From Octopus vulgaris (Eukaryota), in assembly GCA_951406725.2 (NCBI GenBank), contig OX597818.1:18972001-19036000 (forward strand): DNA of 64,000 nt, given 5' to 3'. Position 1 is the stretch's first letter. Every line of letters starts with the position of its first letter. Positions 1-13,014 of this stretch are shown piece by piece. The translations under genes were made by a program, and so were the position numbers. Under the pieces are notes generated by a model that did not search any database, was not told the origin of the DNA, and was given only the letters and a program-made list of their open reading frames with translations.

Positions 1-56
1 ATATATATATACATACATATATATATATATGTATACATATATATATATATATATGT

Positions 57-118
<62 letters not shown>

Positions 119-291
119 CAGTGAGTAACAACCTTCTCGCCTATCTCTAGGATAATTCCGTAATTCCGTGTGACACTACACAGAAATAATCAACCAATTT
201 TTGAAAATAAATCAACAAAGTGTAATCTAAAACAAGGACTCACTTGAAAACGACTGCTGCTGCTGCTGCTGGTGTTGTTGTTGTTGTTGTT

Positions 292-1072
292 AAGGCAGTG
301 AGCTGCCACTCTGGCCAAAATGCTTAGTGGCATATCTTCTGTCTTTACGTTCTGAGTTCATATTCTGTAGACGTTGACTTTGTCTTTCATCATTTTGGGG
401 TCGATAAGTTAAGTACCAGTTGAATACCGGAGTCGATGTAATCGACTTAACCCCTCCGCTAAAATTTCGGGCCTTGTGCCTATAATAGGAATGACTATTA
501 TTGTTGTTGTTGTTAAGGCGGTGAACTGGCAGAATCGTTAGCACGCCGGGGAAAATGCTTTGCAGCATTTCGTTCGTCTTTACGTTCTGAGTTTAAATTC
601 CACCCTTCTCCAAAATTCCAGGCCTTGTGTCCATAGTAGAAAGGATTATCAATATTATTAAGAAGGCGGCGAACTGGCGGAGCAAAATGTCTGACGTCAT
701 TTCGTCCGTCTTTATGTTCTGAGTTCAAAATACGCGGAGGTCGATTTTGCGTTTTATCTTTTTGGGGCCGATAAAATAAATACCAGTTGAGCACTGTGCC
801 AAAACTTGAAACCATTATTATTACCATTATTATTAAGCCGGCGAGCGGGTATAGCAAAATGTTTAGCGGCATTTCGAAAGAATGCTGAGTAAAAATGCTT
901 TCGTCCGTCTTTACAATCTGAATTCAAAGCCCACCGAGGTCGATTTCTTATTTTAATCATTTCAGAGTCGAGAAAATAAGCATCAGTCGAGCTCTGAGAT
1001 CGATATAATCCACTAGCCTCCTCCACAAGAATTTCAGACTTTGCGCCTTTAACAGAAAAAATTATTATTAGA
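292..1072 (+). mobile_element. Tandem cluster of four tRNA-derived SINE copies (family A), variably truncated
   Basis: Repeated head GGCRGYGARCTGGC...TTCTGAGTTCAAAT starts at about 294, 517, 665 and 840. Core GACTTTG(C)CTTTCATC..TTGGGGTCGATAA..TAAGTACCAG. Copies are separated by (TTA)/(TTG) tails. The core resembles the Meta/MESC SINE domain (from memory). Confidence 0.85.
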
Positions 1073-1499
1073 GTCAAGTCAGTTTATATTTTCGGACTAC
1101 GCGTTGATGTAGAATTAGCTCTAATAATGTCTATCGTTTTTAGGTTTAGACCGGCTCCGGCTATATATGTTTGGGGTTAATTATATTTATAGGGTTAAGG
1201 CTTTTAGTGTAAAATTCATTGGGGAATATTGTTGAGAGAGTATAAAATAAACGATGTTCTATGCGTTGCTTATTGACTGAATATGTTCAATGTTACGCAC
1301 CAGCTTTTTTTAATGATGCGCGAATGTCACAAATGTCGTTATGACATCTCTCCTGACTCTCTATCCCTCATTCATTCTTTATTTATTTCATCTCTCACTC
1401 CCTCTCCACACCTCCCTCTGTCTCTTTTCTTTCGTTTTTTCTTTCCTTTTCTGTTTTCCCCCTCCTTTTCGCTTTCTCTGCAGTAATTTCTCCTCTTTT

Positions 1500-2038
1500 C
1501 CTTATTTCACGTACGCAAACACATGCGCATGCACGCATACACGTATACACACATACATAGACGGATTTGAATACACATACATAATGTACATCTATAATTA
1601 TGCACACACACACACACTCACGCACACACATACACACACACACACACATACACGCACACTAACACACACACGCACACACACACACGTGCGCACACTGACA
1701 CACACACTCACACGCATAAATACACGGATTCACACGTGCAAATAATTCCATAACACGCAAAACACACATACACGCTCGCGTACGACGGACGAAACAACAC
1801 ACACACACACACAACATGCTCCACACACACAAAACGCACATACACATAACACGCACATACATACATGCATATTCAGCATAATCATACACACCAAATATAC
1901 AAATATGCACATGCATATTTGCACAAACATACGCAGAGAAAATCCTACTCACTGGTGTACAGTCTCACTTTTCTCTGAGTGCCTGTCTGCTTTTCCGCCC
2001 CTCCCAACTCACATAAAAAACATTCACACAAACACGTG

Positions 2039-2083
<45 letters not shown>

Positions 2084-2447
2084 ACACAGACACAAATACG
2101 CACACACGTGTATGTTCGTACATTTAATATGTGAAGCATGCACTCAACACTTTATCTACAACTCACTCTCTATCAACCTCTATTTCTCTGCTTCTCTTTT
2201 TCCCTCCCTTCTCCCCATAAGAACTCGTGCCCGCATTGTGACAGCGTGTGTATCGTTGGCGAATTTTTTTCCTCCGTCTTTCCTTCCTTGGATCTTTCCT
2301 TTTCCTATGTTTCTGACGAAGAGCTCCGCTCGAAACGTTAAATCCTCCTTCTTTCTTTCTTTTCCTGGGCGTCCAATAACACTATACTTGCGCCACGTCC
2401 TCGCGTTGTTGTGTTTTCTCTTTGTGTTTTCGTGTTTGGATTAACTT
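1500..2447 (+). mobile_element. 3' UTR and terminal repeat (pLTR) of a Neptune-like PLE, without ORF
   Basis: CA-rich tract, then 2250-2447 aligns by eye with 47390-47587. Shared motifs are GACGAAGAGCTCCGCTCGAAACGT and the terminal GTTTGGATTAA followed by (TA)n. Confidence 0.7.
2309..2344 (+). ncRNA. Minimal hammerhead ribozyme motif (PLE-type)
   Basis: GTTT-CTGACGA-A-GAGC(TCC)GCTC-GAAA-CG-TT-AAAT. Core boxes are intact, stem III is replaced by palindromic AACGTT, and the cleavage triplet is GUU. Confidence 0.75.
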
Positions 2448-2520
2448 TATATATATATATAAGAGGAAGGTGTACGTACGCCGCCAAAATATATGTATAA
2501 AAAATATATATATATAAATA

Positions 2521-3055
2521 CAAAATGGGACAAGAACGCAAAACATTCAAAAAGACGATACAAAAACCGACGGGTCATTCGAAGCCTCTAATCTTCAGTC
2601 AAGAACCGGATCATCCTCGCAATTTCGGCTGATTAATCTTGAGATTGCTCCGATCTGGCCAGCCCCAAGGAAAAACTAAGCTACGAGAATTAGATTTCTT
2701 GGAAAAAGGATCGAATGTATACGAAACAAGGACAGAAAAACGGACGATGTTACACGAAAATAAATACAAAAAACAAAAAGTAATACGAATATAAATACAA
2801 AAAACAATAATAATAATAAAACAGAACAAAAACAACAGGCGCCTTTCGACTTTAGATAATTGAACTTAGCTGGCGTGTTTGAAAAATAATGCCTTATGGC
2901 AGACGAAGAAATCGATGTTCTTCTGGCGCCGGTCAGAAGCCGAAAGGCTATAGTTGACCGGCGGTCACGTGAGAAGGGAAGAGAGAAAAAATGGGGCAAA
3001 GGAATTAAAGAGAGGGAGAAGAGAGAGAAAAAGTGAGAGAAAAAGAGAGACAGAA
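2521..3055 (-). repeat. Unclassified interspersed repeat, probably PLE terminal region
   Basis: 2711-2900 matches 6822-6995 (CGAATGTATAC.AAACAAGGAC.GAAAAACGGACGATGTTACACGAA...AGCTGGCGTGTT). 2524-2565 matches 17221-17265. All copies abut microsatellite tracts. Confidence 0.55.
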
Positions 3056-3963
3056 ATATATACATATATATATATATACATATATACACATATATATATA
3101 TATATATATACATACACACACATAATGCATGAATACATACATACATACACACAAGCACATATCATGCATCCATACATTACACATACACATGTACATATGC
3201 ACATACATACATATACACATTAATGGACACACACATACATACATGTGCATGTAAGTCATATTTTTATTTATTTCTGTCTGTCTCTGTCTATTTGTGTCTG
3301 TCTATCTGTCTGTCTCTGTGTGCTTGTCTGTGTTCGTCTTTCTGTCTAACCGTCTATCTGTTTGTCTGCCCCTTTGTTTTCGATTATCTATCTCACGATA
3401 TTAACGTTGCTTGTCTCGTCATTCTTCTTTGCTAATGTTCTTTTATGGAGGCGCTGGTGGTGGTGGTGATTGTGTGTCTGTGTGTTTTCCTATGTATGTT
3501 TGTGTGTGTGTGTGTGTGTTACATATTTCGCTTTTGTAATTTTCTTTAAATGGCTTCAGCCATTTGACAGCGGCGATGCTGGTAAACATCTTAAAATTTA
3601 CTTATGTATTTTTATTTATTTATTTATCCCCTTCCTCCCCAGCCTTCTTGAATTTTTAATACGTCACACTAATCTGTAATTGAATTTGTAGCATATGGTC
3701 TTCCTGAATGTAACGTTAGTCCGGTCTTGTAGGTAGGAGTTTGTCCTACTTTTCCGTGGATGTTAATAGAGATCTCTTTTATATTTCTGGTATGTTGAAC
3801 ACTCGAAGGTCTCTAAATATCAGAGTGTTGCCTGCGATTGGGAAGGAGGGGGTATATGCATAAACTGGTACTATCTACAAGTTCGTACACTGAAGTTTTA
3901 TTTTTATTGCAGAAATATGGGACAAGACCTTCCAACATCCTCCACATATAAATAATAATGTGT

Positions 3964-4016
<53 letters not shown>

Positions 4017-4130
4017 CGTGTGCGTGTGCATGTGTGCTTCAAATGTACAAAAGAAAACAAAAGATAGAGACAGGTGAGAGAACAACAAACAGGCTCTGTT
4101 TAGTTTGACGATCAGGAAGAATGTAAAAGT

Positions 4131-4166
4131 TTTCAATGTTTCGAGCCTACGCTCTTCGACAGAAAG
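4131..4166 (-). ncRNA. Degenerate hammerhead motif of the same pLTR family as 2309 and 47461
   Basis: Reverse complement reads CTTT-CTGTCGA-A-GAGC(GTAG)GCTC-GAAACATT-GAAA, with one core substitution (A6T). Confidence 0.55.
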
Positions 4167-4264
4167 GAATGAGATAAGAAAACGGAGGGAGAAAAAGTAC
4201 CATGTTTGGATTAACAGTTTCACATGTTGAATATATATATATATATATATATATGAACATATAT

Positions 4265-4697
4265 AGGTAGTGGGTAGCGATGTTCTTCCCTACTTCATGG
4301 AGTGACGACCCTGCCTGACACGAATCCCGGGCTCAACTGGCTCCGGCTGACAGTACCTGGTATGGGCCCCTATCCGGGGTTACAGAAAGGAGACAACCTC
4401 CAGAGTAATCCGGAGTGGAGCCCTGTCGGCGGTTTAGTATTCGACTCAACACTCTTCCGGCAGCTCCTGCAACCAAGCTGGTGCCAAACGTAATGCTCTG
4501 CAATCCTTTGGACTACATCAGCAAGGTCGAGGGAGGAATCCTGACGATTGGGCTACCCAGGATTTTTTTACGTCTAGCCCAGGCCTGCGCAATACTGGAG
4601 AGGAAAATGGAGAGGACATGAAATGTAAAAACCAGACTGGATTAGTTTATGCGCCACTCCATTGTCTACCGAGACAAAAGGATGCCAACAACAACAA
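4265..4697 (+). mobile_element. Non-autonomous RTE-like element (5' UTR fused to short tail)
   Basis: GC-rich non-coding block containing TTCCGGCAGCTCCTGCAACCAAGCTGGTGCCAAACGTA and TCCTTTGGACTACATC, reminiscent of RTE 5' UTRs (from memory). Ends in (CAA)3 and lies inside a (TA)n tract. Confidence 0.5.
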
Positions 4698-4704
4698 AAA
4701 AATA

Positions 4705-4797
<93 letters not shown>

Positions 4798-5314
4798 CTA
4801 GTAGTACCCGTGGAAATTCCAAGGTTGTTTTGAAAGTTGTGAGATGGAATTGTATATTTTTTCTGAACCATTAGCACCTTGAGATGATATAAAAGTCCAT
4901 TTAAGAAGTACTAAAAGTGCAATCTCAAAAAACAATATCTCTGAAAGTTATAATATTCTTACGCCTTCTATTTTGTGAGTTGTTTGTTATTTTTCACTTT
5001 GTGTTAAGTAAATAGTTTGAACTATGGAAGAAAATCAAAGACATTATCTATAATATTATTCTGCTTCACTACGTCGGTAAAGTTTTAACAAATCTTAACA
5101 CGGTTATTTGAAACAAACTATAGAAGCACCTTACCCTAATACTTATCACTTTTTCTCTTGTTAGTTTTACATCGTCTGTTGTTGGCAATATTTCATGAGT
5201 TTCAAGTGAGCAGACGACAGTTAATTCACTAAAGCGCATGCGTTAACTGATGGGTGATATAAAAATTAAAAAGAAAACAAGACTAAAATTTTTCAATATT
5301 CTCTTCAGTAAACA

Positions 5315-5357
<43 letters not shown>

Positions 5358-5546
5358 TGTCTCTTTTTCCTCTCATTCATCCTCCTTATTCTTTCTCTCC
5401 CCTTCTTTTACTTTTTTCAACTATCCCACATCTCCTCAGTGTTAAATATTCTCTTTCCATACCCTGTCTTTCTTCTCTCTCTTACTCTTTACCACCTCCA
5501 TCAGCTATTTAACCATCCTTTCCTCCTGGCTCTCTCCACCGACCAC

Positions 5547-5591
<45 letters not shown>

Positions 5592-5647
5592 TCACCCGTC
5601 AAATAACACATTTTCCTTTAGCGTATTAATATAGAGATACATATATA

Positions 5648-5813
5648 GTGGCGAGCTGGAAGAATCGTTAACACGCTGGACAAAATGCATACCAGCATTT
5701 TGTCTGTCTTTACGTTCTGAGTTCAAATTTCGTTGCGGTCGACTTTGCCTTTCATCCCATCGGGGTCAATAAAATAAGCACCAGCTGAGTGCTAAATTCA
5801 CTATAATCGACTT
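5648..5813 (+). mobile_element. SINE family A copy
   Basis: GGCGAGCTGGAAGAATCGTTAACACGC...TTCTGAGTTCAAAT...GACTTTGCCTTTCATCC. Confidence 0.85.
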
Positions 5814-5877
5814 ATGAAGTATATATTCTCTTGCGGGTGAGAGACTACACAACTGGTATATCAAAACTTTAATTAAC

Positions 5878-5929
<52 letters not shown>

Positions 5930-6129
5930 GTATATATGTATGTATTTGTAAATAGTAATGGATTACCCCTAAACGATTACCGGTTTGCACTCAGTTAGGT
6001 ATTCAAAATATGTTATTCAATAGTCAACATATAAATCCAATATAGTTCTTATTAGGAATTAGAGGAATATTCCGTTGGATAATTCTGAATATATTTCCTT
6101 AACCATATAGGTTTCCTAGAGTATATCAA

Positions 6130-6678
6130 TTAACAATATTGATAATAAGGTTAACTACGAAGTTGCATAGCATCACCTTTAATTCTTTAATTTATATATC
6201 GCCTTACATAAACCAACACATGTTTCAATTGCACCGATTAGTAACCGTTGCAATTGCAACCCTACGATAAATCCGGTGCAGTTTCTTCGGGGTCTTTACT
6301 TGATATCCTTCGATTTGGCTGTTTAAAGATTTTGTTTCATCTACTCTGAGTTATATGATGTAGAGTTATCCGTTAAGTTAGACGCGAACAATCTCCATTT
6401 CAGGTTTTTATTGGATAATCATTTTTAGTCCATTATTTCAAAAACTGCATCATACAAAGCAGATTGGATAAAAGAATCTCTTTAAACGGCCAAATCGAAG
6501 GATATCAAGTAAAGACCCTAAAGAAACTGCACCGGATTTATAGTAGGATTGCAATTGAAACGGTTACTAATCGGTGCAATTGAAACATGTATTGGTCTAT
6601 GTAAGGCGGTATATAAATTACAGAATTAAAAGTAGTGCTATGCAACTTCGTAGCAATCCTTATCATTAATATTGTTAA
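6130..6678. mobile_element. Inverted pair of about 200-bp PLE pLTR fragments, each with a hammerhead motif
   Basis: 6130-6330 is the reverse complement of 6478-6678 with scattered mismatches. Hammerheads at 6210-6295 (-) and 6513-6598 (+). Confidence 0.75.
6513..6598 (+). ncRNA. Hammerhead motif with extended stem II (core variant CTAAAGA)
   Basis: AGACC-CTAAAGA-AACTGCACCG...CGGTGCAATT-GAAA-C-ATGT-A-TT-GGTCT. The partner copy on the minus strand has CCGAAGA and GAAACATGTGTT, so the consensus of the two is the canonical CTGAAGA. Confidence 0.65.
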
Positions 6679-6682
6679 TATA

Positions 6683-6718
<36 letters not shown>

Positions 6719-6771
6719 TGTATGTATGTATGTATGTATGTATGTATGTATATATATATATATATATATAT

Positions 6772-7155
6772 CAAATGAAATAAAAAAAACAAGACACAAA
6801 GGATGTCGTGGTGTACATGTTTCGAATGTATACAAAACAAGGACGGAAAAACGGACGATGTTACACGAATAAGAATACAAAAATACGTAAAAACAATAAT
6901 GATAATAATAATAACAAAAACAGGACGTCACAGACAGGCGTCTTTCGACAGGACGAGTAAACTTTGAGCTGGCGTGTTAGAAAAATGCCTTAGGGCGGAG
7001 AGAGAAAAAATATGTCTTGCAAAGTGTGAAAGGCAGAGAAATGTAGGAGAGCGGGGAGAGAGACAGTGTTATAGAGTCGTACCAAGTTTAAAGAAATATG
7101 TACTTACATATAAGACCAAAAGGGTACGGGCGCCGAGAGAGAGAGAGAACAAATA
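6772..7155 (-). repeat. Second copy of the repeat at 2.7-2.9 kb
   Basis: Shared CGAATGTATACAAAACAAGGACGGAAAAACGGACGATGTTACACGAA block, and it starts directly after (TA)n. Confidence 0.55.
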
Positions 7156-7344
7156 GTGAGGAATTATCAATCCGAGCAAAATACTTCAAAAGCTCTCTGT
7201 TGGCACATCAGGCTAACAATATTATTTAGATTAGTGAAGAGTTCCACGTAATATTGTGGTAGGGCCGAAGGTTCATCAAGGTTCATCACCATTCTATATT
7301 GTGAATCCGTGGATGAGCTCAGACAAACCGGTTTTTACACAGAG

Positions 7345-7448
7345 TGAAGTCGACCGCAGCGGAATTTGAACTCAGAACGTAAAGATGGACGAAATGCCGC
7401 TAAGCATTTTGCACGACGTGCTAACGATCCTGCCGGCTCGCCGCCTTA
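7345..7448 (-). mobile_element. SINE family A 5' fragment
   Basis: GAATTTGAACTCAGAACGTAAAGA...GCTCGCCGCCTTA is the reverse complement of the family A head. Confidence 0.8.
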
Positions 7449-7964
7449 TACGTATCTCTATATCAATACGTTAAAGGAAAATGTGTTAATATATATACAT
7501 ATAGATATTCAGCTGCGGATTTTAGTGAAAAGAGATGTGATAAGCCACTGCATTCTCAATCAATGATATAACTGGATAAATTTCTTCTGGGTATGCTGTG
7601 GTAAGTGCCTTAAATGAAATGGTAGGGGACTTATTGTGTCCGGCATTGTGGTCATGTACATTTGTTAGAGGACAAATGAATGCATCTTACACACACACAT
7701 ACACACACATACACACACACACATACCTATATACGACGGCGGTGCAATAAGTGCAGTCAGTGTACCCATGTGTGACCTAGATGACTTGTGTATTCAATCA
7801 GCCACTTGTGAATGTATGCATAACGGCTGTTTACATTAGTGCTTACTTTGGTGAGTACGTATTTGTCGTTATACATTGTTTGTAGACGATAGCGCTATCA
7901 CCGACCCGATCTCGGTGCTTTCACTATTTAAATACCCGATTCTCACGAATCCAGGAAATTGTGT

Positions 7965-8010
<46 letters not shown>

Positions 8011-8034
8011 CTGTGTGTGCGCGTGTGTGTGCGC

Positions 8035-8078
<44 letters not shown>

Positions 8079-8855
8079 TTTATATTTAATCTTTTAGTTA
8101 TTTCAGTCACAAGAATGCGGCCATACTGGGGAGCCACTTTGACATCTGAAATACAGATATCTTAAAAGAAAAATAGATACAGTATGAAAAAATTTTCTTT
8201 GTAATATTAATTTCTATAAACAAGACAATCATTCAACTACGGTTGTAGTTGAATAATATTCTTAAGGCCGCAATTTACTCCCACGCGGCATCTTTCAGAG
8301 CTTGTCTCTAATTCTGTTCTTAACCAAATGGAAAACCGTTTACATTTTTGAAGTGGACTGGTCCCTAGTTACATTTTGGCATTCAAAAAATTGAGATTTG
8401 GTCCAGTAGATAAATGTTTGCATCAAAAATTGTAGCGACGTTATAGGAGAGTAAGTAATGCCACCAATCAAAGTTTAGACCTAAATAACTTTTTTTTTAT
8501 TTTAAAAGCAAAATATATTTATCTTACCTTCAATAATAGAAGAAAGCTTGAAGAATTTCATAGCTTTGTTCCCATGCAATAAAAATTTGTATCAAAAGGC
8601 TTGTGAGGTAAAATATCACGAAAACAAATATAAGTAAGGCAAAAAATTGGATTTAAGTATAATTAACTTTTTTATTTTAAAAACAAACTATATTTTAATC
8701 AAGCTAAAATGGTAGAGCTTAATTCAAGGAATTCCATGGTATCAATCTCATGCAATGAAGTTTTAAAAGAAAAAATGCTATGAGTGTTTGTTTCTCAAAT
8801 TTGAAGGTGATATAGTTCTATACTTTATTAGGAATATAGTACTAGGGGACTTTTA

Positions 8856-9961
8856 ATATATGTTACCGGCATCATTGAGGTAAGGAAAAATTATCAACGG
8901 TACCGTTAATTGACACATTTGGTACATTATTAATTAGTATAATAGCATAGCCTGGAAAAAACATGGATTGCATGGAAAAAGGCGAAGGAAAGAAATAATA
9001 TTCTTAAGATTATAAATCTGGAAAAGTGCAGGAAAAGTTATTACACTTGGAAAAGTTCAGGACAAGTTATTACATCTGGTAAAGTACAGAACATAAAATT
9101 TTTTACTCAAAATATTGCATCTAAGGATAAGATATTTTGATTTATTTTTAATCTTTGATAGAAGTAACAAGTAATAGCAAATAGGAGTAATAAACTTGTA
9201 ACAAAGTTTTAGTTTTAATAAAAGCTAATCTTTATATATAAAAGTGAAGTTGTGTGTCTGTCTCCTACGATTTAGATTCCTAACTACTCCCACATTTTGC
9301 GGTGCAGTTTAACCAAAAGCGCGTATCTATAGTCGTGATTCATATCGAGCCCTTCTGGGTACTAGCGCGCGTCTACGATGAGTCTACGATTTAAAAAAAA
9401 AATTACCATCATTTTTTTCCATTTTAATGCATTGTTTTCGCTATTATATAAGGGAAGTAACTCTCTAAAAATGTCTACAATCAGTGAACGATTTAAAAAA
9501 AAATTACCATCATTTTTTTTCCATTTTTAATGCATTTTTTTGCTATTTTTTGGTTATAACTCTCTAAAATGCTTATATAGTTATTTCCCTTACAAACCCG
9601 AGCAACGCCGGGCGATACTACTAGTATTTTCTAGTAGTATTTTAACCTCAGCTGCAATATTTTAAGTTATCATTTTCTTGTTCTGTACTTTGCCAGATGT
9701 AATAACTTGTCCTGAACTTTTCCAGATTTATAATCTTAAGAACATTATTTCACTTGCTCGCATTTTTCCATGTAATATAATTTGATGCATTGAAATACTT
9801 GATCTTGTTTTTAGTAGACATGCCTTCATCAGTTTTTAATGACTTAACCCGTTGGGCCATCGTACCAGCGTGTAGTGTCCGATCAGATAAAACAACAAAG
9901 GCCAGTCTACTGACCAGTGATATGTCTGTATGTTTGCATTGTGTGTATTTATATATATATT

Positions 9962-10003
<42 letters not shown>

Positions 10004-10182
10004 AAACCCATTGTGGCAGCACTATGGGTTTATCTTAATATTATAGTTTTTGCTTGCATTTTTCCATGTAATCCATGTTTTTTCCAGGCTATGCTATTAT
10101 ACTAATAAATAATGTATCAAATGTTTCAATTAGCGGTGTCGTTGATAATCTTTCCTTATCTCAATGATGCCGGTGACATATA
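8856..10182. mobile_element. Foldback/MITE-like element with imperfect inverted arms of about 270 bp
   Basis: 8856-8985 is the reverse complement of 10056-10182, and 8965-9130 is the reverse complement of 9645-9775. The right arm is interrupted by an insert flanked by duplicated GCATTTTTCCATGTAAT. Confidence 0.7.
9229..9624 (+). mobile_element. Non-autonomous Helitron
   Basis: 5' A|TCTTTATATATAAAAG, subterminal hairpin CCCGAGCAACGCCGGG (9597-9612) and 3' CTAG|T. It sits between A and T with no TSD and has an internal tandem duplication of about 100 bp. Confidence 0.85.
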
Positions 10183-10724
10183 TAAAGCTGCATGGATACA
10201 TATACCTTTAACGAATTTATAATACGATTGAGCCAAGAAAATGCTATTGGATGCGACATGTTAGGATATCTATGGAATAGAAACACATGTTGGGCAGAGA
10301 TTTAAAATGAATGTATTGTATATGATACTGCAATAAATAAGCTTTTAAAGGTGTATAATTTCCATTCTTATTTTTAATGTCTTGAATACACATTCTTTAT
10401 ACTGTATAAAATCCAAAGAAGCGAACTCTGAATTTACCCTTCAGGTGAAATACTATGTGATCCTTTACCTTAAACAAGTTCCCGTAGTTCTATATCATTC
10501 GATGTGGCTACCCAGAACCTGAATTATGATAGAATACACGTAAGGTACATTATGTCCAGAGGTGTTCAATAGGGAGATTTTATTCAACATATTCTCCACC
10601 TCAGATTCACACACTTAATGCAAAAGTAGTTCAGTTTTTCTAAGCCCTGTAAAACAACTAGGAAGGTTGTGACTTTCAGGATACCCCTAAAGTCAGGAAC
10701 TTTTCAGCAATATGTATGTGTATG

Positions 10725-10826
<102 letters not shown>

Positions 10827-11234
10827 ATGTATGTGCGTGCATGTATGTGTATATATATATATGTATACACATACGCATACACTTACACACACACATATAT
10901 ATCTATGAATGTATGTATGAGAGAGAGAGACTGTGTTGTTGTTGAATCGTTCAAAGGAATAGAGTGGCAATCCTTTGCGATGCTCTCCGTAATTAAGACT
11001 CGTAATTGCAGTTGACTATGAACATTCTCTATAAACCCTCCTCAGTTTCTCATATAAGCCGGGCATTTTCTAGAGACCAAAAATAAAAACAGTAATTTGC
11101 TCAAGTTAGAACAAAAATTATTCATAAAGTCTGTATAAACACCCATGGTTCTCTTTTGAAGAAGGTTCGTCGGATTGCATACGTACATACATAAATAAAC
11201 ACATGCGTCGTACTGCATACATGCATACATAAAC

Positions 11235-11625
11235 ATGCGTAGCTGTGTGGCACGACGCTTGCTTCTAAAACACATGGTTCCGGGTTCAGTCCCATTGCGT
11301 GGTAACTTGGGCAAGTGCCTTCTACTGTAGCCTCGGGCCGACCAAAGCCTTCAGAATGGATTTGATAGACAGAAACTGAAAAAAGCCCGCCGTATATGTT
11401 TATGTATATGTATGTGTTTGTGTGTGCGTGCCTTTGTGTCTGTGTCTGTCCCCACCACCATCGCTGTGCAACCGAAATTGCGGTTTGGCAAAAGAGACCA
11501 ATAGAATAAGTACTAGGCATACAAAGAATAAGTCCTGCGGTCGATTTCTTCGACTAAATCCCTTTAAGGCGATACTCCAGCATGGCTGCAGTCAAATGAT
11601 TGAAACAAGTAATAGACTAAAAGAA
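11235..11625 (+). mobile_element. SINE family B (tRNA head, CORE-like TTGGGCAAGT, internal microsatellite)
   Basis: GCTGTGTGG...GGTTCAGTCCCATTGCGTGG...TTGGGCAAGTG...CCAGCATGGCTGCAGTCAAATGA. Many copies in the window. Confidence 0.85.
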
Positions 11626-11931
11626 TATGTATGTATTTATAAGTATACGTCCTGAGTGTGACTTTAAACTTTATCCCGTATAGGAGCTCTGGTTCAGGCG
11701 ATCCAGGGTTTTGAGAAGCGTGGAACCACATCTTAGACCCTTATTGTTCTCAGGTCTATTCTGACCCAGAGTAGTATTGTAATAAACATTTGTGGACATG
11801 TTCTAGATAAGCTTTCTCAAAACATTATTCTATGAATCCGCCTCCAGCTTAGATGACTACATCAATGCAAACTGAAATCGTTGATATGCATCCACTAAAT
11901 GGTAACTGTTCTCTTCGGATATCACCTAGAG

Positions 11932-12260
11932 CAGTGGTTCTCAGTCGGGATCCATATGGTCCCTGGGGATCCGTACAAGATTTTGTGGGGCCCACGCTAG
12001 AAAGTAGTAAATTGGGAATCCACAATAGTATTTTACGAGCCCCTGAAAATTTTTTGCTTTAGATGTATGTATTGGTATGTATTGAAAGTAACAGATAGGT
12101 TTCTGTCTCTTACATTTTACATAGTTCAACCGACACAAATATTTTTGTATAAAAAACAAAATAGGAATTTCGAAAGAAGTATTTATAAAACTAGTTTTTA
12201 AACATGAAGTAGCTATGGGAGTCCACCAGAATAAAGTAGTAATCAAAGGAGTCCATATAC
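11932..12260 (+). mobile_element. hAT/Charlie-like MITE fragment
   Basis: Begins CAGTGGTTCTCAG, a Charlie-type TIR, followed by GG(A/G)(T/C)CC subterminal repeats. The second TIR was not found. Confidence 0.45.
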
Positions 12261-12268
12261 ATTGTTAC

Positions 12269-12307
<39 letters not shown>

Positions 12308-12318
12308 GGCGGGGATGC

Positions 12319-12431
12319 AGGGTAGTCGCTAGAAAAGCGGAAAATTCGGGAAATGTCGGTTTATATTTTTACAAGATCGATTTGAAGTACTCAATAAGCG
12401 ACAAAGTTTCTGCTTTTCTGGCGACCACCCT
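12319..12431. mobile_element. Small MITE (113 bp) with imperfect TIRs of about 25 bp
   Basis: AGGGTAGTCGCTAGAAAAGCGGAAA ... TTTCTGCTTTTCTGGCGACCACCCT in a TA-rich context, Tc1/mariner-like. Confidence 0.65.
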
Positions 12432-12788
12432 TTATATATATATACTAGTTTCTTTTTCTTCTTTTACTTCTTTCAGCCTTTGGACTATGGTCATGCTGGA
12501 CTACTTCCTTTAGAGTGTTTTACTCGAACAAATCGAATTCAGTATTTATTCTTAAGTCTGAAACATAATAATAAAGACTTGGGTCTATTGGTCTCAAGGG
12601 GACAAACACAGACACAAAGATGCACGCGCGCGCACGCACACATACACACACACACACAAACGCACAAGGACATGCGCATATGGTACACACATACATACAC
12701 ATGGAGACAAGTCACGTATAACATGTTTTCCTTTCCAGCTATGTTATGTCTTTAACTCTATCCCGGACACGAGCAGGCTTAGACACAC

Positions 12789-12856
<68 letters not shown>

Positions 12857-12976
12857 GCACGCACACACACACATAAACACACACGTTGACACTTAGATAT
12901 AGATATACATGCACATCACATACACACACAAACACGCACGCACAGATACAAGGACATCGAAACACGCACATACACA

Positions 12977-13014
<38 letters not shown>

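Noticed and set aside
232-290. Minus-strand CAA|GTGAGT donor after a poly-Gln-like tract
   Set aside because: The upstream sequence is a microsatellite abutting a SINE, with no acceptor or coding exon support.
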